A stretch of 64,000 nt of DNA from Schmidtea polychroa (Eukaryota): assembly GCA_044892525.1 (NCBI GenBank), contig CM097885.1, positions 5,086,001-5,150,000 on the forward strand, read 5' to 3'. Positions 35,685 to 50,069 of this stretch are shown piece by piece (the stretch's first letter is position 1; every line of letters begins with the position of its first letter). The position numbers and the translations under genes are program-made. The notes under the pieces are model-generated. The model was not told the DNA's origin. It was given only the letters and a program-made list of their open reading frames with translations, and made no database searches.

Positions 35685-36858
35685 ATAACATCTAACAAAC
35701 CAGTAAATTCATTTAAATGACAATAATTGGTATATCCAAGTGAATCGCATCAATAAAATCATCTAAAAAGAATCATTTTCCCCTAAATATATCAATATTT
35801 AAAGATTGGTATTTTAAGGATAAATACTTGTTAAAGATCATATATTCTCCTCAAACTAATAAGATTCCTTAAAATCCCTTAAATGACTATATTTCTACCC
35901 TGAATTCATATTATTACAAATATCTCACTAAAATCATCTAAAAAGTATCAAATTTCCCTGAAATATCTCTGTCTTTAAAGATTAGTATTTTATCGATAAG
36001 TACCCTAAAAAAGTTATATATTTCATTCAAACTAATAAGATTCCTTAAAATCCATTTAAATGACTAATTCTAACTTTAAATCCTATTATCACGAATGTTT
36101 CCCTATAAAACATGTAAAATAACCCTAAATAATTTATAAAATCTAATGATAAAACCAATAGGTAAAAATTGATTAAATTTTTTAAAAATGTAAATTATTC
36201 AAAATATACCAAATAACTATTATAAAAATGTAATTAATGGACAGGAAAGAACTTTAAATTCTTGTCATTAATCATCCAGTAAATAAAAAAAATATTGATC
36301 ATTCAAGTTAATATGAATCAACTAAGATAATAAATTAATAAAAGTTTTGAAATAAGATCTAGTAGATAATTGATTTAGATTGAATAAATTAATTGAAATA
36401 AAATTAATTTTAATTATTTTTTTAAAAGTAATACATGTACTCAAATTGATTGACTGATTTCTCAATATATTCAAAAAATCAGTATAAATCCATTACAATT
36501 ATCAAAGTCAGTAATCTACAATAAAAATAATTATCATTAAATTCCAAAAGAGATTAGATAACTAATAATAACATCTAACAAACCGCTAAATTCATTTAAA
36601 TGACAATAATTGGTATATCCAAGTGAATTCTCCAATAAAATCATCTAAAAAGAATCATTTTCCCCTAAATATATCAATATTTAAAGATTGGTATTTTAAT
36701 AATAAATACTTGTTAAATATCATATATTCTCCTCAAACTAATAAGATTCCTTAAAATCCCTTAAATGACTATATTTATACCCTGAATTCATATTATTACA
36801 AATATCTCACTAAAATCATCTAAAAAGCATCAAATTTTCCTGAAATATCTGTCTTTAA
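35685..36858 (+). repeat. Direct duplication of a ~290 bp block (35685-35975 and 36568-36858)
   Basis: Near-identical ACATCTAACAAACC...CCTGAAATATCT blocks. Confidence 0.8.
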
Positions 36859-37640
36859 AGTATATGAAAATATAAACTTTCAATCTTCGCACATAATTTT
36901 TTTTCATCAATTCTTTTCTTAATGGAATGATTGTGACCAAATTTCAAAATACGCTCCTCCTCTTCAGACAAAACTACTTTACTCATGTTTATTAATGTAT
37001 TATATATACTAAATTTAGAGATCCCAAATAATTTTCTCAATTTTTTAAATTTATTGATATGAGCATTCTATTTTGATTTTAACTGAGAAATTGAATTTTT
37101 AATACACCATTCAACACATACCCTCAAACAAAACTCATTTGTTATTGGAGAGACTTCCCGTCATCTCTGTATTCGAGCTCGAGAACATTGTAAACCGAAG
37201 GCTTTGACCCATATTGGTGAGCACAATAAGTGCTGTAAGATTAAAATAGGTATGTCTGATTTTAAAATTTTATTTAAAAATTTCAATAATTATTGGGAAC
37301 GTGTGATTTGTGAGGCGTTGTTGATAAAATCATTGAATCCGAAAATTAATGTGCAGAATGCAGTAAATACTTGTGTTTTGAGTGTTTTTAAATAATTTTT
37401 TAAATAGGTTTTTTTATATTGTATGTATTGATTGTTGTATTAAATTAAATAATTAATAAAAATATTTTTAAATTATTAAATTAAATTTTAAATGTTAAAA
37501 TTTTAAAAAAATAATATTTTTTTTATAAAATGAAAATTTTTTTATATATAATTAATAAATTTGTTTAAAATCCTTAATTTAATGAGTTATTATATGATGA
37601 CAGGAAAACTGTCGAAATTAATCGTGAAAAGAATGTTTGA
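36858..37640. mobile_element. Penelope-like remnant with an inverted 5' segment, GIY-YIG tail and 3' region
   Basis: Minus strand SKVVLSEEEERILKFG (PLE N-terminal region); plus strand IGETSRHL.IRAREH..ERVICEALLIKSLNPKIN, stop at 37395. Confidence 0.7.
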
Positions 37641-37654
37641 TTGGCGTTATCTTA

Positions 37655-38156
37655 TAATTATCAAGAAATTAATTAAATTTATCAATTAAATTTATCACCA
37701 TTAAAACTTAAAATTTTTAATCAGTCAACATGAAATTCTTAGAAAATTATTCAATATCCTCATCAAAATTTATCCTATCACTTAATTATTAACCTAATTG
37801 TCAATGAAATTAATTTTTATTTAAAAATTGATCAATAAAATACAACTAATTATCAAGAAATTTATTAAATTTACCTTAGAATTAGCATTAAATTTTTCAA
37901 TATTCATTCAATCAACATGAAATTTGCAAAAAAGATCAAAATTCACAAAAATGATAGAAATGTACTTGAATATTTACTAAAACCATCAACTCTAAAAATT
38001 ATCAATGAATGCCTTAAACAACAAATTTGCCTAAAAAATCATTCAAATAAAAGCATTAAATACCTTTATGATCAGTACCCTTGCGACATGTTGAATGTGA
38101 ATAGTACTCATAGGGGGCAGAATATTTTGTCGGATAAACTCAGAGAATATATATGA
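37655..38156 (+). repeat. Dispersed repeat family, copy 2 of 940-1657
   Basis: Direct sequence similarity, including the terminal CAGAATATTTTGTCGGATA module. Confidence 0.75.
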
Positions 38157-39034
38157 TAAAACGAATTAACTCATTCAAATTTGTCATTCAATCAGTCAAA
38201 TTATCATAAATTTCGATAAAAAATCTTATTCTAAAGTGGTAAGCAATTGTAGGATAAAAATGAAAAAGAGAAATATTCTTTAAACTTTGATAAAATTAAC
38301 GATGAGGGTGGTAAGAATCTTCATTAAAGTGAGGAAATTATTCATTACTCGATGATAAATTCAAATGAGTGAAAATAATTGGAAGAATAATTCATTAATG
38401 GATCATGGGAGGTAAACACTGAGAATGGGCATAGATAAGATGAAGGTTGATAAGAATGGATGTATTGCAACTATTTTCTAAAAATTATCACTTTAATAAA
38501 AAAACTTTTAAAAGAAATATTTGTAGGGATGTTTTAAGTGAATAATTAATCAAAATCGGCGGAATATAATTGATAAAATATCGGGGGTGGGGGTTATAAG
38601 TGATTAATTAATGGAAAATCGGGGGGATAAATTAGTTGAAAATCGGGGAATATAAGTGATTATTTGGTGAAAAATACATGCGTCATTGGCACTATAACCA
38701 AAAATCTTTCTATCTTGCTGGTTGGAAGTGGTTTCGGGTCATTAGCATCTGGTCATACTGAAGTCCTCCTAGTGTGGAAATCGTGAAGAACATCTCTCTC
38801 TACTTTAGTATTAAAATATCAAAAAATGACCACCAAAAACATGTAACGAGATGGAAAAACGGAGTCTTGGAAATGACTAATATAAAAGCTATGCAGTGCT
38901 AACACATGTCACTCTTCCAGAAATTAGAAATCCTAAAGATCAACATGAACAACAACAACTATTAACTTTCATGAATATTTAAGTAAATAATAATATTGAA
39001 ACTTCTAAAATAAAATAATAATTAGAACTTTGCA

Positions 39035-39116
<82 letters not shown>

Positions 39117-41622
39117 TTTTGAAAATAAAAATAATTGCATGAAAAATAGTATGTCACGGCTGGCTCAATTAATAATAATTTTAAAAATAATAATGATAAT
39201 AATGATTTCTATAGCTCGAAAGGTCTTGCAGCGGGTTTAAAATGAATTATTGTGCAATGAAACCAGTTGGCGAGAACATTAACTTTTGGGTGCCAAAAAG
39301 TATGTCACCGCTGGCTCAAGTAATAATATTTTTAAAAATATTAATAATTTATTGATGATTAATCTGATGACTCATTCAAGGTCACATGACTCACCGGATG
39401 AGTCATGCGTTTTTGTTTAAAAATTATTTTTTACCACTGGGGGGAGATGGGGTTTTGTGAGCCAGTGGTGACATGATATAGCGGTGACAACCATCTACTA
39501 TTAAATTGTTTTAATATTTTCAGTTAAATAGCTTTCGTAAATTATGTGAAAATTTTAAAAAATTTGAAATTTGCATCAAATAAATATCTTAGAAAACTGA
39601 AATTCTATAAAAATAGGCAAAGCCAATCTAAAGCTTTTTTAAAATTTTGAGAAAATCTCGCTTTATTTGGTAAATAGAAAACGTAGCAAATAAAAAGTCA
39701 TTTTGAACCAATAGAATAAGTACAAAATGTATAAAAACAAATTTCATTTTCAACAATTTGAACCAGCAATGCAAATCAATAAATCAATAAATCGATAGCA
39801 TAGGAAATATTGAAAATCTATAAAATCTTTTAAAAAATCTCAATTTTGCACTTCGTTATTTCTTTGACAAAATCTTTCCAAATTTTGAGTTTATTCATAG
39901 CAGCTCTTCAATGTTATCATAATAAAGCATTAAACAATTTATTGCTTTAATAGGCTATTTTTACTATTGTAATTTAAAGGAGATTTATAGTTCAATGCCA
40001 ATGAAGATGTTTTTATAATAATAAAATCCTGAGTGGAAAAATATTAATTAAAATATTTTAATTTTATAGAAAATAAATAAATATCGATTTAAAAATAATA
40101 TTTAATTAATAATTATAAAAAAACCTAAAAAAATTAATTACTTCAAAAAAAACCAAAATTCTTTAAGGGGTCTCACAAAACAGTCAAATATTAATTTTAT
40201 TCAGATCTCATTTAAACAAAATTATCTAAAATTCACTAACAATAGACAAAAATAAAGAAATATAAAATGAAAGAGTGACAGTCAAATGAATGTCATCAGG
40301 TAGAAATTGTCCGCTTATAACAGATCTAATTTGGAAATGGTGTAAAATAAATATTTTATTATTGCTACATAAATTCTGCCTAAATTGCATTTATTTCGTA
40401 TTTTGTTAAAAAAACAAATATTAATTAAAAAATTTGAATATAAAAATAAATAAATATTAGTATAAAAATAAACATAAATTACAAAAAACATATGTAAAGC
40501 CAAATATATATATATATATATATATATATAAGCCATATTCTTTCGCTTTGCTTTATTGAGATTTCATTTTAATATAAAATTATTTAAAATTCTTTTCCTA
40601 AAAACACATTTAAATAAAACATTTGACAAACATAAAAAAATGTAAAATGAAAGCGTTCAAATATTTGATAAACTCAGTGAAAATGAGAAACTTTTGACTC
40701 CACAGTACGCTTTGATGTTGAAATGTTCAATGTTTCTATGGATATTATTGTTGGGAATGTAGTGGAGATTTCAAGGAACTCCTAAAGGTGTAAATTTGGT
40801 TGCTGTCTTGAACCTAGCAACATTATTATAAATATGGAATTGTAATTATCGGTAATGATAATGATGATTTGGCTGGCCTTCGAGGGATTCTATCAAATGC
40901 ATTTTCACCTTCAATTATAAGAAATGCTCAGTTGCAATATTATTATAATAAATTCAAATAAATGATCTGATAGAAATCTAACATGGCTGCCATAATATCT
41001 GATCCGCATTGATATAATAGATCAGATAATGACAGCAATTGTGAGATCCCCTGATGATGTGTGTTGCATGCTAATAATGACAGCTGTTCAATAAATAATT
41101 CAATTTCATATCAATATAATGCTAATTTTCATTGATTTTCTCATTTATTGGTGGCGGCAATTCCGATATTATTGATATTTGAGGGAAATTGGTTGAGAAA
41201 TATAAAATAGCAATTGAAATCTCAATTTGTAAACAAAGCAGCGTAACAATTGAGGGGAAATTAAAATGCAAAAATTTCACTTATCGGAAAGAAAATAAAA
41301 ATTAAAAATGTTTCCAAATAGAAAATAAATATTTTGAATATAAAATGAAAAAGTAAAAATTTCAAAATATTTCAATTCAAAATCACGAGCAACAATAAAA
41401 ATTGATTCAAAACAGCTCAATAAATGGATCTGCACAAAGCTCATTAAATGCTGATCCGATGTGATCCAATCAGCATTAAATGCGGTTACAGCTGATCCAC
41501 AGCATCAATAATGTTGCAATCAGTTTATAATTGGGCAAATGCATCAATAACTGATCCAGACAAATTGATCCACCAGCACAAGGCAAATAATAAATCTGAT
41601 AAAATCCAAAATAAATCAATTT

Positions 41623-42925
41623 TTATTGAAATGTTTTTAATTTTTCATAATTTTCAATTCTGCACCTGAGCAGCAATTTATCACTTTTGGCTGCAAATTG
41701 ATAGATTGAGTAATCACCAAAATAAATCCAAATCAGATCATTTCTGTCATTTGACGGTTTCCCACAAGCGGCATGATCAGGGCGATCTGAATATTTCCTT
41801 GACTTGCTCACATAAATGCTGCCATTTGCTGGATCGATCACATCGATTGTCACGGATTGATTGAACGGCCAATCCAATTGCTCATCATTTGCCCCACGCA
41901 TCAAACAGAAACCAGCCCAAACCCAATCACCCCCAATCCACACCGCCAAGCACATTTTGTAACCGATTGACCCGGAATAAAATGCCTGGCTGTAAATATC
42001 TTTATATCTCTTTTGTTGTGATAATTTATCGATTTGCCATTCCAAAAATCCATAATTTATATATTTTTCATTTGCTATTTTTCTTTTTTTCGGCCGAATT
42101 TCATTGGCGCATTTCGCCATTTCAAGCTGCAACTGAATCTCAAATTCAAATATTTCAATAAATCACCTTTTCATTCGTTGGTTTCAGCCGCTGCTCGCAA
42201 TTCTCTTTAATCTCATCAATTTGCTGTCTGATCTGCTTTGTATCAATAAAAATTCAATAACAAATCAAATCAATAATCAAACTTGATTGATCGATCCAAT
42301 ATTTGTCTCCATCTCCATTCTCAATGAGCGATTCTCATTCTTCACTGCCACCATTTCCTCATTCAATTCTTCTATTTCTGCTCTGTTCTCCGCCTCTTTC
42401 CTTTCAATATTGCGCAATTTCACCTACAATCACAAATATCAATTAAATTAATTACAAATAAAATATACATTGATATTATCAAATTGTTGTTTGAATTGCG
42501 TCATTTCTCCTTTCAATTCGATAATTTCGTTACGCAATTTCATATTCTGATCTCTCATTGCCTGCATCTCATTGCATAAATTACTGATCTGATCAATCAA
42601 TAATTTGCTGTGGCCTTCATTGTTCTCATTGAGATGGGCTTTCATTTCGTCCTTTACCACCTCATTCATTTCACATCCAATTCTATTGAATGAACATCTG
42701 ATTGGCTGCTTGTTGCATGTTCTCATGTGGCTCTCCATCATGCACAACTAGGTTTTGAATTCACAATTTTGCATTGGACATTTTACAATAACTTCAGATA
42801 TTTTTAAATTCACTGAATGATCCACAGAAACATCTTTAGTGAAAAGAATCGTTAGAACTTCACAATATTTTGCTGCTCCTGGACAGAATTTATCTTTTCC
42901 TTCCAAATAATTTTCACAAAGCATA
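41623..42925 (-). pseudogene. TRAF-like host gene (zinc finger, coiled coil, MATH domain) with a premature stop
   Basis: Phase-0 GT-AG introns 42468-42424, 42282-42236 and 42166-42133. VKCP..NC...*L..MESHMRTC..QPIRCSFNRIGC; MATH motifs EWQI, IYSQAFYS..GYKMCL, LMRG.NDEQLDWPF. TAG at 42750-42748; 5' exon not found. Confidence 0.88.
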
Positions 42926-44479
42926 CTTATTATATTAATTATTTCCTCTGACGTTTACAATTTCAATATTTATAATTTGTATTTTAGCTTTGAGCGTAAT
43001 TCGAAATTTTATTAATGTTAATTTTCATTGTTTTTTTATTTATTTTAAATCTTACAAAATTATTTAAATTAAAATTTGATAACAAAAAGTAAAATTTTGA
43101 TCGAAATATTTTGTCCGACACGAATGTTTCAATAATTGTGAAAATCAATAAATTATTAAAATATTTCAAGTTTTTCAACATTCATAAATCATATTTATAA
43201 ATAATAATTATTTTCTCTTACTTTTGAAATTTCAATATTTAAATATGTTTTTTATAGATAAACAAATATTTTATAAATATTGGTTTTTTAATGTTAATTT
43301 TTCAGTGTTTTTCGAATTTATTTGTAACTTAATTTCCAAAATTTTTGTAAAAAAATAAAATTAATATTTTTTAAAATCTAAGAAAATTATTTAAATGAAT
43401 ATTGTTATTGAAAATATTTTTTAATATGAAAATGCAAATTTTTAAAAAGATTTTGACTACAAAATGGCTACGTCTAGGAGCGGTAAGAGATGAAATGTGC
43501 CCAAATGTCATTTATAAGTTAAGTAAACAATCCAACAAACCATAATTAATAACCACCAGAATCTAAGCGATCAATTGAAGAAAAACGAGATTCATTCATG
43601 CGCATCCAACAGTAAGGTTATACTGTTATTTATGGATTTTATATTTATGTTTGGTAAATCGATATGCAAAATTCTTTAATTTTTACATTTTACTTCTTTG
43701 AATTCATAAAATTAATAATTTTCACTTGAGCAGGTCACAGACATTCAGAGAAGTGAAACATTTAGGTTACGAAACGAACTCATATCATGACCAAAAATTC
43801 CGAATTTTGTTTTTTAATGATATAAAAATGAAACTAGAATTTAGTTTTGAATTTGAGAGTGAGTTGAGATAGAATCGTATGACACTATGAAACCCAGGAA
43901 TTGTTCACTGAGACGCAGAAAATATATGCCAAGAAAGAGTTTAGACTAGAAGAGAGTGAGTTAGATATTGATCGTGAATATAGACGAATGATATTTTGAG
44001 GCAGCGGCGTTAATATCAATCAGGAATGAGTGGCGCAACTACTGTGATAGCAGCTATAGCCGTGCTGTAGGCCCGACTGACCATAAAAAACAAAACTCAT
44101 GACAAGTTTAGCACGGGCAGTCAGTCAGAAAGATGTGATGTGATGCGATAAATTTCTAGTTACGAAATTAACATTATTGACATTACAAACGAAATTCGAT
44201 TGTTGTTTAGCTGTTCTTCATAATATATTATGAATATGTTCTTACTGTACATCCTGTTTTGTGCGTAACATGAAGTCAATTGTTTATTTGGTAAATGCCT
44301 GTTATACGATGTTTTAAATTAATTAAATTAAAAACTCATTAAAAAGTTTAAAAGTGCACGCTTCAAATTGATTTCATAAATGTTCAAGGATTAGTAAACA
44401 GTAATAAAACAAAAGCACTGCAACCTGTTACCTTTTTCAACGTTGTATTTCCAAATGTATTTCTCTTTAGATTCCTCCT

Positions 44480-45260
44480 TTTTTCCTAATAAAATACTTC
44501 GAAAGTGGCCTCATCCCTCGATATTTGTTTTGTGCACTTTCATATTGTACTGTGAACCTTACTCTTACTTTTACGACGAGCGGACTCGCTTTCAGGAATC
44601 ATAGAGAAAAGTTGGGAAATGTGGTTTCTGTGAATTCTGGATATTTTGTATTAGTCATAGACCATTTGGCGGAACTTATTGAAACTTATTTATTGGAAAT
44701 TATTTGAAATAACTTATTGAACAACCTGGTATGACCAATCAAATATTTAAGCCCAACAGTGCAAATTGAAGTAATAGAGATAATTTCTACTGATTTTGGT
44801 TCTGAATGATGCAGTTTCTCAAGTACACGAACTATCACAATTCTTTGATGTTATTCAGCGGATTTATTGGTTAGGTATCAAACGTTGGAACATTCTGTCA
44901 TTATTTACAACTAAATCGAACATCAAACCCAAGGCACTGTGTCTAACAAGATGGTCATCCCGGGAAGAGTGCATAGCAGATATATTGAGAGCATTGATAA
45001 ATATAAATCTGATCGAGAAAACAAAAGATATAATTGAATTTGTTTATCTTCTGGTTGTGCTCACAAAAATTTTCAAAGTGTGAATATTATATCAAAAATT
45101 GCTCCAGGCTGATAAAATTGACTTAATGAGTGTTTCAACTCTGCTTAAAATTATGTTTGAACTCATGTCAGCATTCAGGAACAATTCAAATGAATACTAT
45201 ATTGCCAAGGAAATGGCAGTCTCTCTTGCCCACCAATGGTGTGTAGAGACAAATTTTGGC
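44480..45260 (+). mobile_element. Decayed ZMYM1-like hAT transposase fragments
   Basis: GLAFRNH.E, YLSPTVQIE, LVLNDAVS..FFDVIQRIY, KRWNIL, L.TRWSSR, NIISKLLQ..IDL. Confidence 0.65.
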
Positions 45261-47138
45261 TTATCGGTTTAGAGGAATGCGGGTTGTGGTAAATAAATTT
45301 GGCATACTGCCATCACAGATGATCATCTATTCACAAAGCCGAAAAGGTTACAACAGTATAAGGGTTAGATCATATTACTGTACCTCAGAAGGAATTCATT
45401 CCGGTAACTACAGTGGCTTAAGTGGAACAGAAAATGTTATAGAAACCAAGATTACTCGAACATCCAACAACATCAGAGCAACCACAGGCAAAGAGAAGAG
45501 GGAAGTCACCAGAAGATCTACCACCACCTCCAACAATATCGATAGGTGAAGAAGATGAATACAAAACATGCGTGAGTGAAGCAGAAACAGCGAAATCATC
45601 CAAACAACCCACCAGCGCTGCCTACCAGCCGACAGAAGGGACAAAAGTTGCGACAGTCAAAGAAAACTAAGAACTAAAAAGATATTAAAACCAAGGTTAA
45701 AAAGATATTAAAAAAAATGTTACAGGCAAAAAGAGATAAATTCAAATTTAAATTGAAGGAGGTTGCCAAACTATCTGAAGAGTCATTGAAAGCACCATCC
45801 AAAAAGGAGGAAGAAATTAAGATTAGACCAAAGAAAATATTTAACGAGCCAGACGACGAGATCATGGAAGTTGCCTTCTAACCTCCGGTCAAGGAACTGC
45901 AAGAAGTAATTCAGGTGAAGTTGGAACCCGTAGTCCACGAAAGATGTTAAAAATCTCCAAGGAAAATATAATAAAGAAACCTGTGTCGGTTGACGAGAAT
46001 GGATTCGAACCAATGAGGTAGGCGATAGAGGTAGACTTTGGAAACCCAGAGCCAAAGAGTACGACTGCCTACCTGTCACTAGGATGGCTATAAATAACAA
46101 CCAGAAGCATGATATTTATGACGTAGACGGAATCCATTACCGTCATATTAACAAGTGCCTTAGACAATGATAAAGCTTAAGCAGTGAGTTTATAGCCAGA
46201 AGTTCTAAAGAAGCGGGAAAATAAACTAAAGCGACAATAGGAAATGGTTACAGCACAATGGAATTACGCCTATGCAAGGTTCTAGAACCAGATTCCAACT
46301 ATCTGGATGTCTAATCAATGCAAGTTGCCCATCAAAATTGCCATCGGAACAAATATATACTTTATAAAATTGATCGTTCTCGTTACGCCGATGTTATATA
46401 GTATGATTTAAATATATTTAACGAATTTATGGCATTTTAGTGGTGTAATTGCTATAATTTTTGTTTATAGTAATTTATTTATCCTAGAATTATATGTAAA
46501 TATTTGTAATATTATTAAAATCTTGTAAACATGATTTGGATTTTAGTATTTCTCGATATGTATAGGTTATATAGTATCATTTAATGAATTTCTGAACCTT
46601 AGTAGTATAATTGATATATTTTACTTTTATATGGAATTTTTATCTATGAGTAGGCAGGTGGAAGGGCAACGAGTGCAGCGTAAAATCTTATTCATTGTTT
46701 TGGTTATAATTTTATATGTTTTCATCAAAAGTCGTAGATATTAATAATCAACACATCAGCAATCATGAATAAGGTGTATCATGGAGTTATAGAATAGGCA
46801 AGGCCCTAGTAGAAGCCGAGAATGATACTTAATTGCCAGATCGTCAAATCTTAATAACTACTGCAGACATCTAAATACAATAGATAGGATGATCTTCCAA
46901 ACTGTTCCTTTCCATTAAGCTTCAAAACAATAAGAAATGCTATTGGCAGAATTTATTAACACGTTAGCACGATATTTAAAATTTGAAAATGGTTGAAGCT
47001 ACCAATCCAGTTATCTACAATTTTCCCTATCAATACTCTTATAATCATGAGGATATATAATGTATATATAGTAGTACGAAAATTTTGACAACAAGCATAA
47101 GACAAGCGCAATAATAATAACGGTAGCTATGAACACAG

Positions 47139-47200
<62 letters not shown>

Positions 47201-49028
47201 GTAATAATAATAATAATAATTAGAAATTTAAAAATAATGAAAATAATAATTATGCAAGATGAATAACCACTATGAGGATAGTAATAAGTTAGTAAGGATC
47301 TTCCTAGTCACAATAAGTGACCATAAATTTAAGTTAACAATAACAATAATAATAATAAAGTAAAGATATTTTGGTACTAATAATAATGCCCCTTTTGGTA
47401 ACGATAAAGTAGATATATTTAAGTAATGATGATAATGGTCAATTTGGTAATAACAACTCTCAGTTCTAGTGAGAACAAAATACATATTTTTGATAACCCA
47501 TGCGCCAACATTAATGTTGAGAGGGCATAAGATAAATCGAGCGTCAAAAATGTTTTTGGAAATTGAATCAAGTTTTACTGAAATATTTGAGCATCAAATA
47601 CTCGCAACAAAACATTTAATCAAAGTAAACCTTGGATTACTAATATGACTTTGAAAATAATAATCAATGTCGTCACCAACATTCAAAATCTAAATTATCA
47701 AAGGTAAATTCTGCATCAGTCCCTCTAGCCAATGCAGTAGCTGTTGATTTTGATGCAGGCACAAACCTTCATTTGGAGGTTGCCTTTAATAACTTTATAT
47801 CTTTTCTCGTTGTCATTTTTTATATCTGCGCATTTTAATGTTAAAGATGGCAATGATTCCTCATCAATATCAACATTTAAAGCAATCATTATCACCATAG
47901 TTCTATTTCCTAAATGCATCAAGTATCTACACCTTTACAAGAGGTATTACAATTGTCAGTGGAATCTGATTGGATAATAGTTCTTTAAAAGTCATCCGAT
48001 TTTCAAGAGTCAAAATGTTCAAAGATAACAGAGTTCATTTCAATTCTACAAACATGTCATAGGAACCTGAAAATCATCTCTATTGTTAAGAAGGAATCAC
48101 TTATTATCTCTAATGATAAAATATAATAATCGCTTAGCTTTAGCTGTGTAAATGTCGGCCTCTTCATAGTAATTAATTGTACAAAATTATTTATTCTACT
48201 TATTGTATCCTGAGAAATTATGTTTCTAATTTATCAATTCTGACAGTCAGCATCAGTTTTTCCTGACCACTGATTATAAAATATGAAGTTGTAGGAATTT
48301 TACCAACTAGTTCAGAACACCAAATTTCAAAATCATCGATTTTCAAAGAATTGCAAGTTTCCAGGTCAATGATTGAATGAGAAAGTAAAACATTGCGGAA
48401 ATAGTTAACATAATTTTGTAAGTAATATTAGTAGAATATTTTACAGCACCTTTCAGGTTTAAATAGTTTAGATGAGAAATTATTTCAACTGTGTTATTAT
48501 AGCCGATCTATTTCCTTATCATCCTAACTCATTTCATAAAGATCAAATAATCTCAGAGTTAACATAATATCTGAAGCGTTTTTTGAACTGGTTTTTCTTT
48601 CTCAGATTTGCTATTGGTGGGTTACTGATGATCCGATATTTTGTTCTTTAGTGCTGTTGCCAGCGTAACCCAAAAATACAACGTTAGTGTTTCCGCTTGG
48701 TACCCGTTGAGTAATCAACGTTGGTCCTGTACCAAGGGTTGAGTACTCGCGAAAAGTGAGCGCATCGAGGCACTATAATCGTCGAGCACTCTATGGGTTC
48801 ACGGACTACCGTTAGAAGGTTTGTGTCCGATTTCCTTAGGTCCCTTATCAAAATTGTTTTCCCAACCTTACGTACAAACTCTCACTTTTCAGGTAATCAT
48901 AAAATATATCAGTCATTTTTTAACACTACAAAACATGTATTATTTTAACAACAAGCAAAGGAAATATCATTTTAATACTACTAGATATATAAAACACCCT
49001 ACAGAAATACACATCAAGGAATGGAAGT

Positions 49029-49499
49029 TCAACTTGGCCGGTTGGTGGGGCCGGTTAGTCCCGTCGTAGATATTTGCGAGGAGCTCACTTGCTTTTCGTA
49101 CTCGGCCAGTCTGGCCCTCTTTAATTTCTCACGAATGTTTCTCCCCAGCCGCTTCTTCTTGGGCTTATCTTTCGCGGCCGGAGGGTAAATGGCTGCCAAC
49201 TCCACGGACAACGGCTGGATTTGACTTATGATGGCTCTGTGAACCGCTTGTTCATTACGTTCGGTTTCCAACGCGCGAAGTTGGAGCTTCAAGGCCCGGA
49301 TCTCCATCTGATCCTGCGCGTTTTGAGTCTGCAATTGGAGGACCTGTGTCAACTTCTTCTTCATATCCTGGGGACTAAACCAGGTGCTTTCTAGTTCACG
49401 GCACCGTCCCTTGAGTTTGTCCACTCGTATACGGAGCTCCTCGGCCTGTTTTTGGGCTTCTTCTCTGTCCTTTCGTAGATTTTCACATAGTTTGATCAC
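49029..49499 (-). CDS. Coiled-coil protein exon inside LTR copy C
   Basis: GC-rich open frame of 156 codons with a heptad pattern and basic KDKPKKKRLGR, preceded by a TTTATCTAG acceptor-like site. Confidence 0.55.
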   Translation of the reverse strand: MIKLCENLRKDREEAQKQAEELRIRVDKLKGRCRELESTWFSPQDMKKKLTQVLQLQTQNAQDQMEIRALKLQLRALETERNEQAVHRAIISQIQPLSVELAAIYPPAAKDKPKKKRLGRNIREKLKRARLAEYEKQVSSSQISTTGLTGPTNRPS

Positions 49500-49706
49500 T
49501 AGATAAATTACAATGGTTATCTGCTTGCAGCATTCCCCTCATTCAATATAATAAGATCAATATCATGCAAAACGATACTTTAGTTATTAAATAAGAAATT
49601 TATTCAGAAGATAATTTATTAAAAGGAGTAACATATGATCCTCAACCCATTTTTGATTATTCGTCACAATATACACAATTATAATAAGTCAAGAGTCGGT
49701 CCTTGA

Positions 49707-50069
49707 TCACCTTCGGCATTTGCGGGGCCTCCCTCTTTTTCGTGGGGATGCTTCGGCCTCCTCTAGCTCTTCCACAGGCACTCCTTCTTTTTTCGCCCGG
49801 ATTTGCAACTCGATCTTCCTGAGTCGCATCTGAGCGGCTTCCACCTCCCAGGCCGCTTGGTCTCGGGCCTCCTCCAACCGGTTATTCTCCGGTTCCACCT
49901 TCACCCACGCCGGGGCATCCACTTCGGGGCCTGTCCGGATTACTCGTTCCGCACAATCCAGGTCCCTTCCCTGACCCCACCGATGTATATGGTGCCAGAT
50001 ATACCGGGTCCGGAGACGGGTGATCGTCTGTTGGTCCTCCTTTGCACTGTGGTTGCTTGATTGTGACAT
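49707..50069 (-). CDS. Small AT-hook protein (120 aa) inside LTR copy C
   Basis: ATG at 50069 just after a TTGCAG acceptor-like site; short coiled coil and C-terminal SPRKRGRPRK. Confidence 0.6.
   Translation of the reverse strand: MSQSSNHSAKEDQQTITRLRTRYIWHHIHRWGQGRDLDCAERVIRTGPEVDAPAWVKVEPENNRLEEARDQAAWEVEAAQMRLRKIELQIRAKKEGVPVEELEEAEASPRKRGRPRKCRR

Noticed and set aside
45256..46350. Gag-like or host ORF
   Set aside because: Coding-like but broken in all frames with no diagnostic motif; left unassigned.
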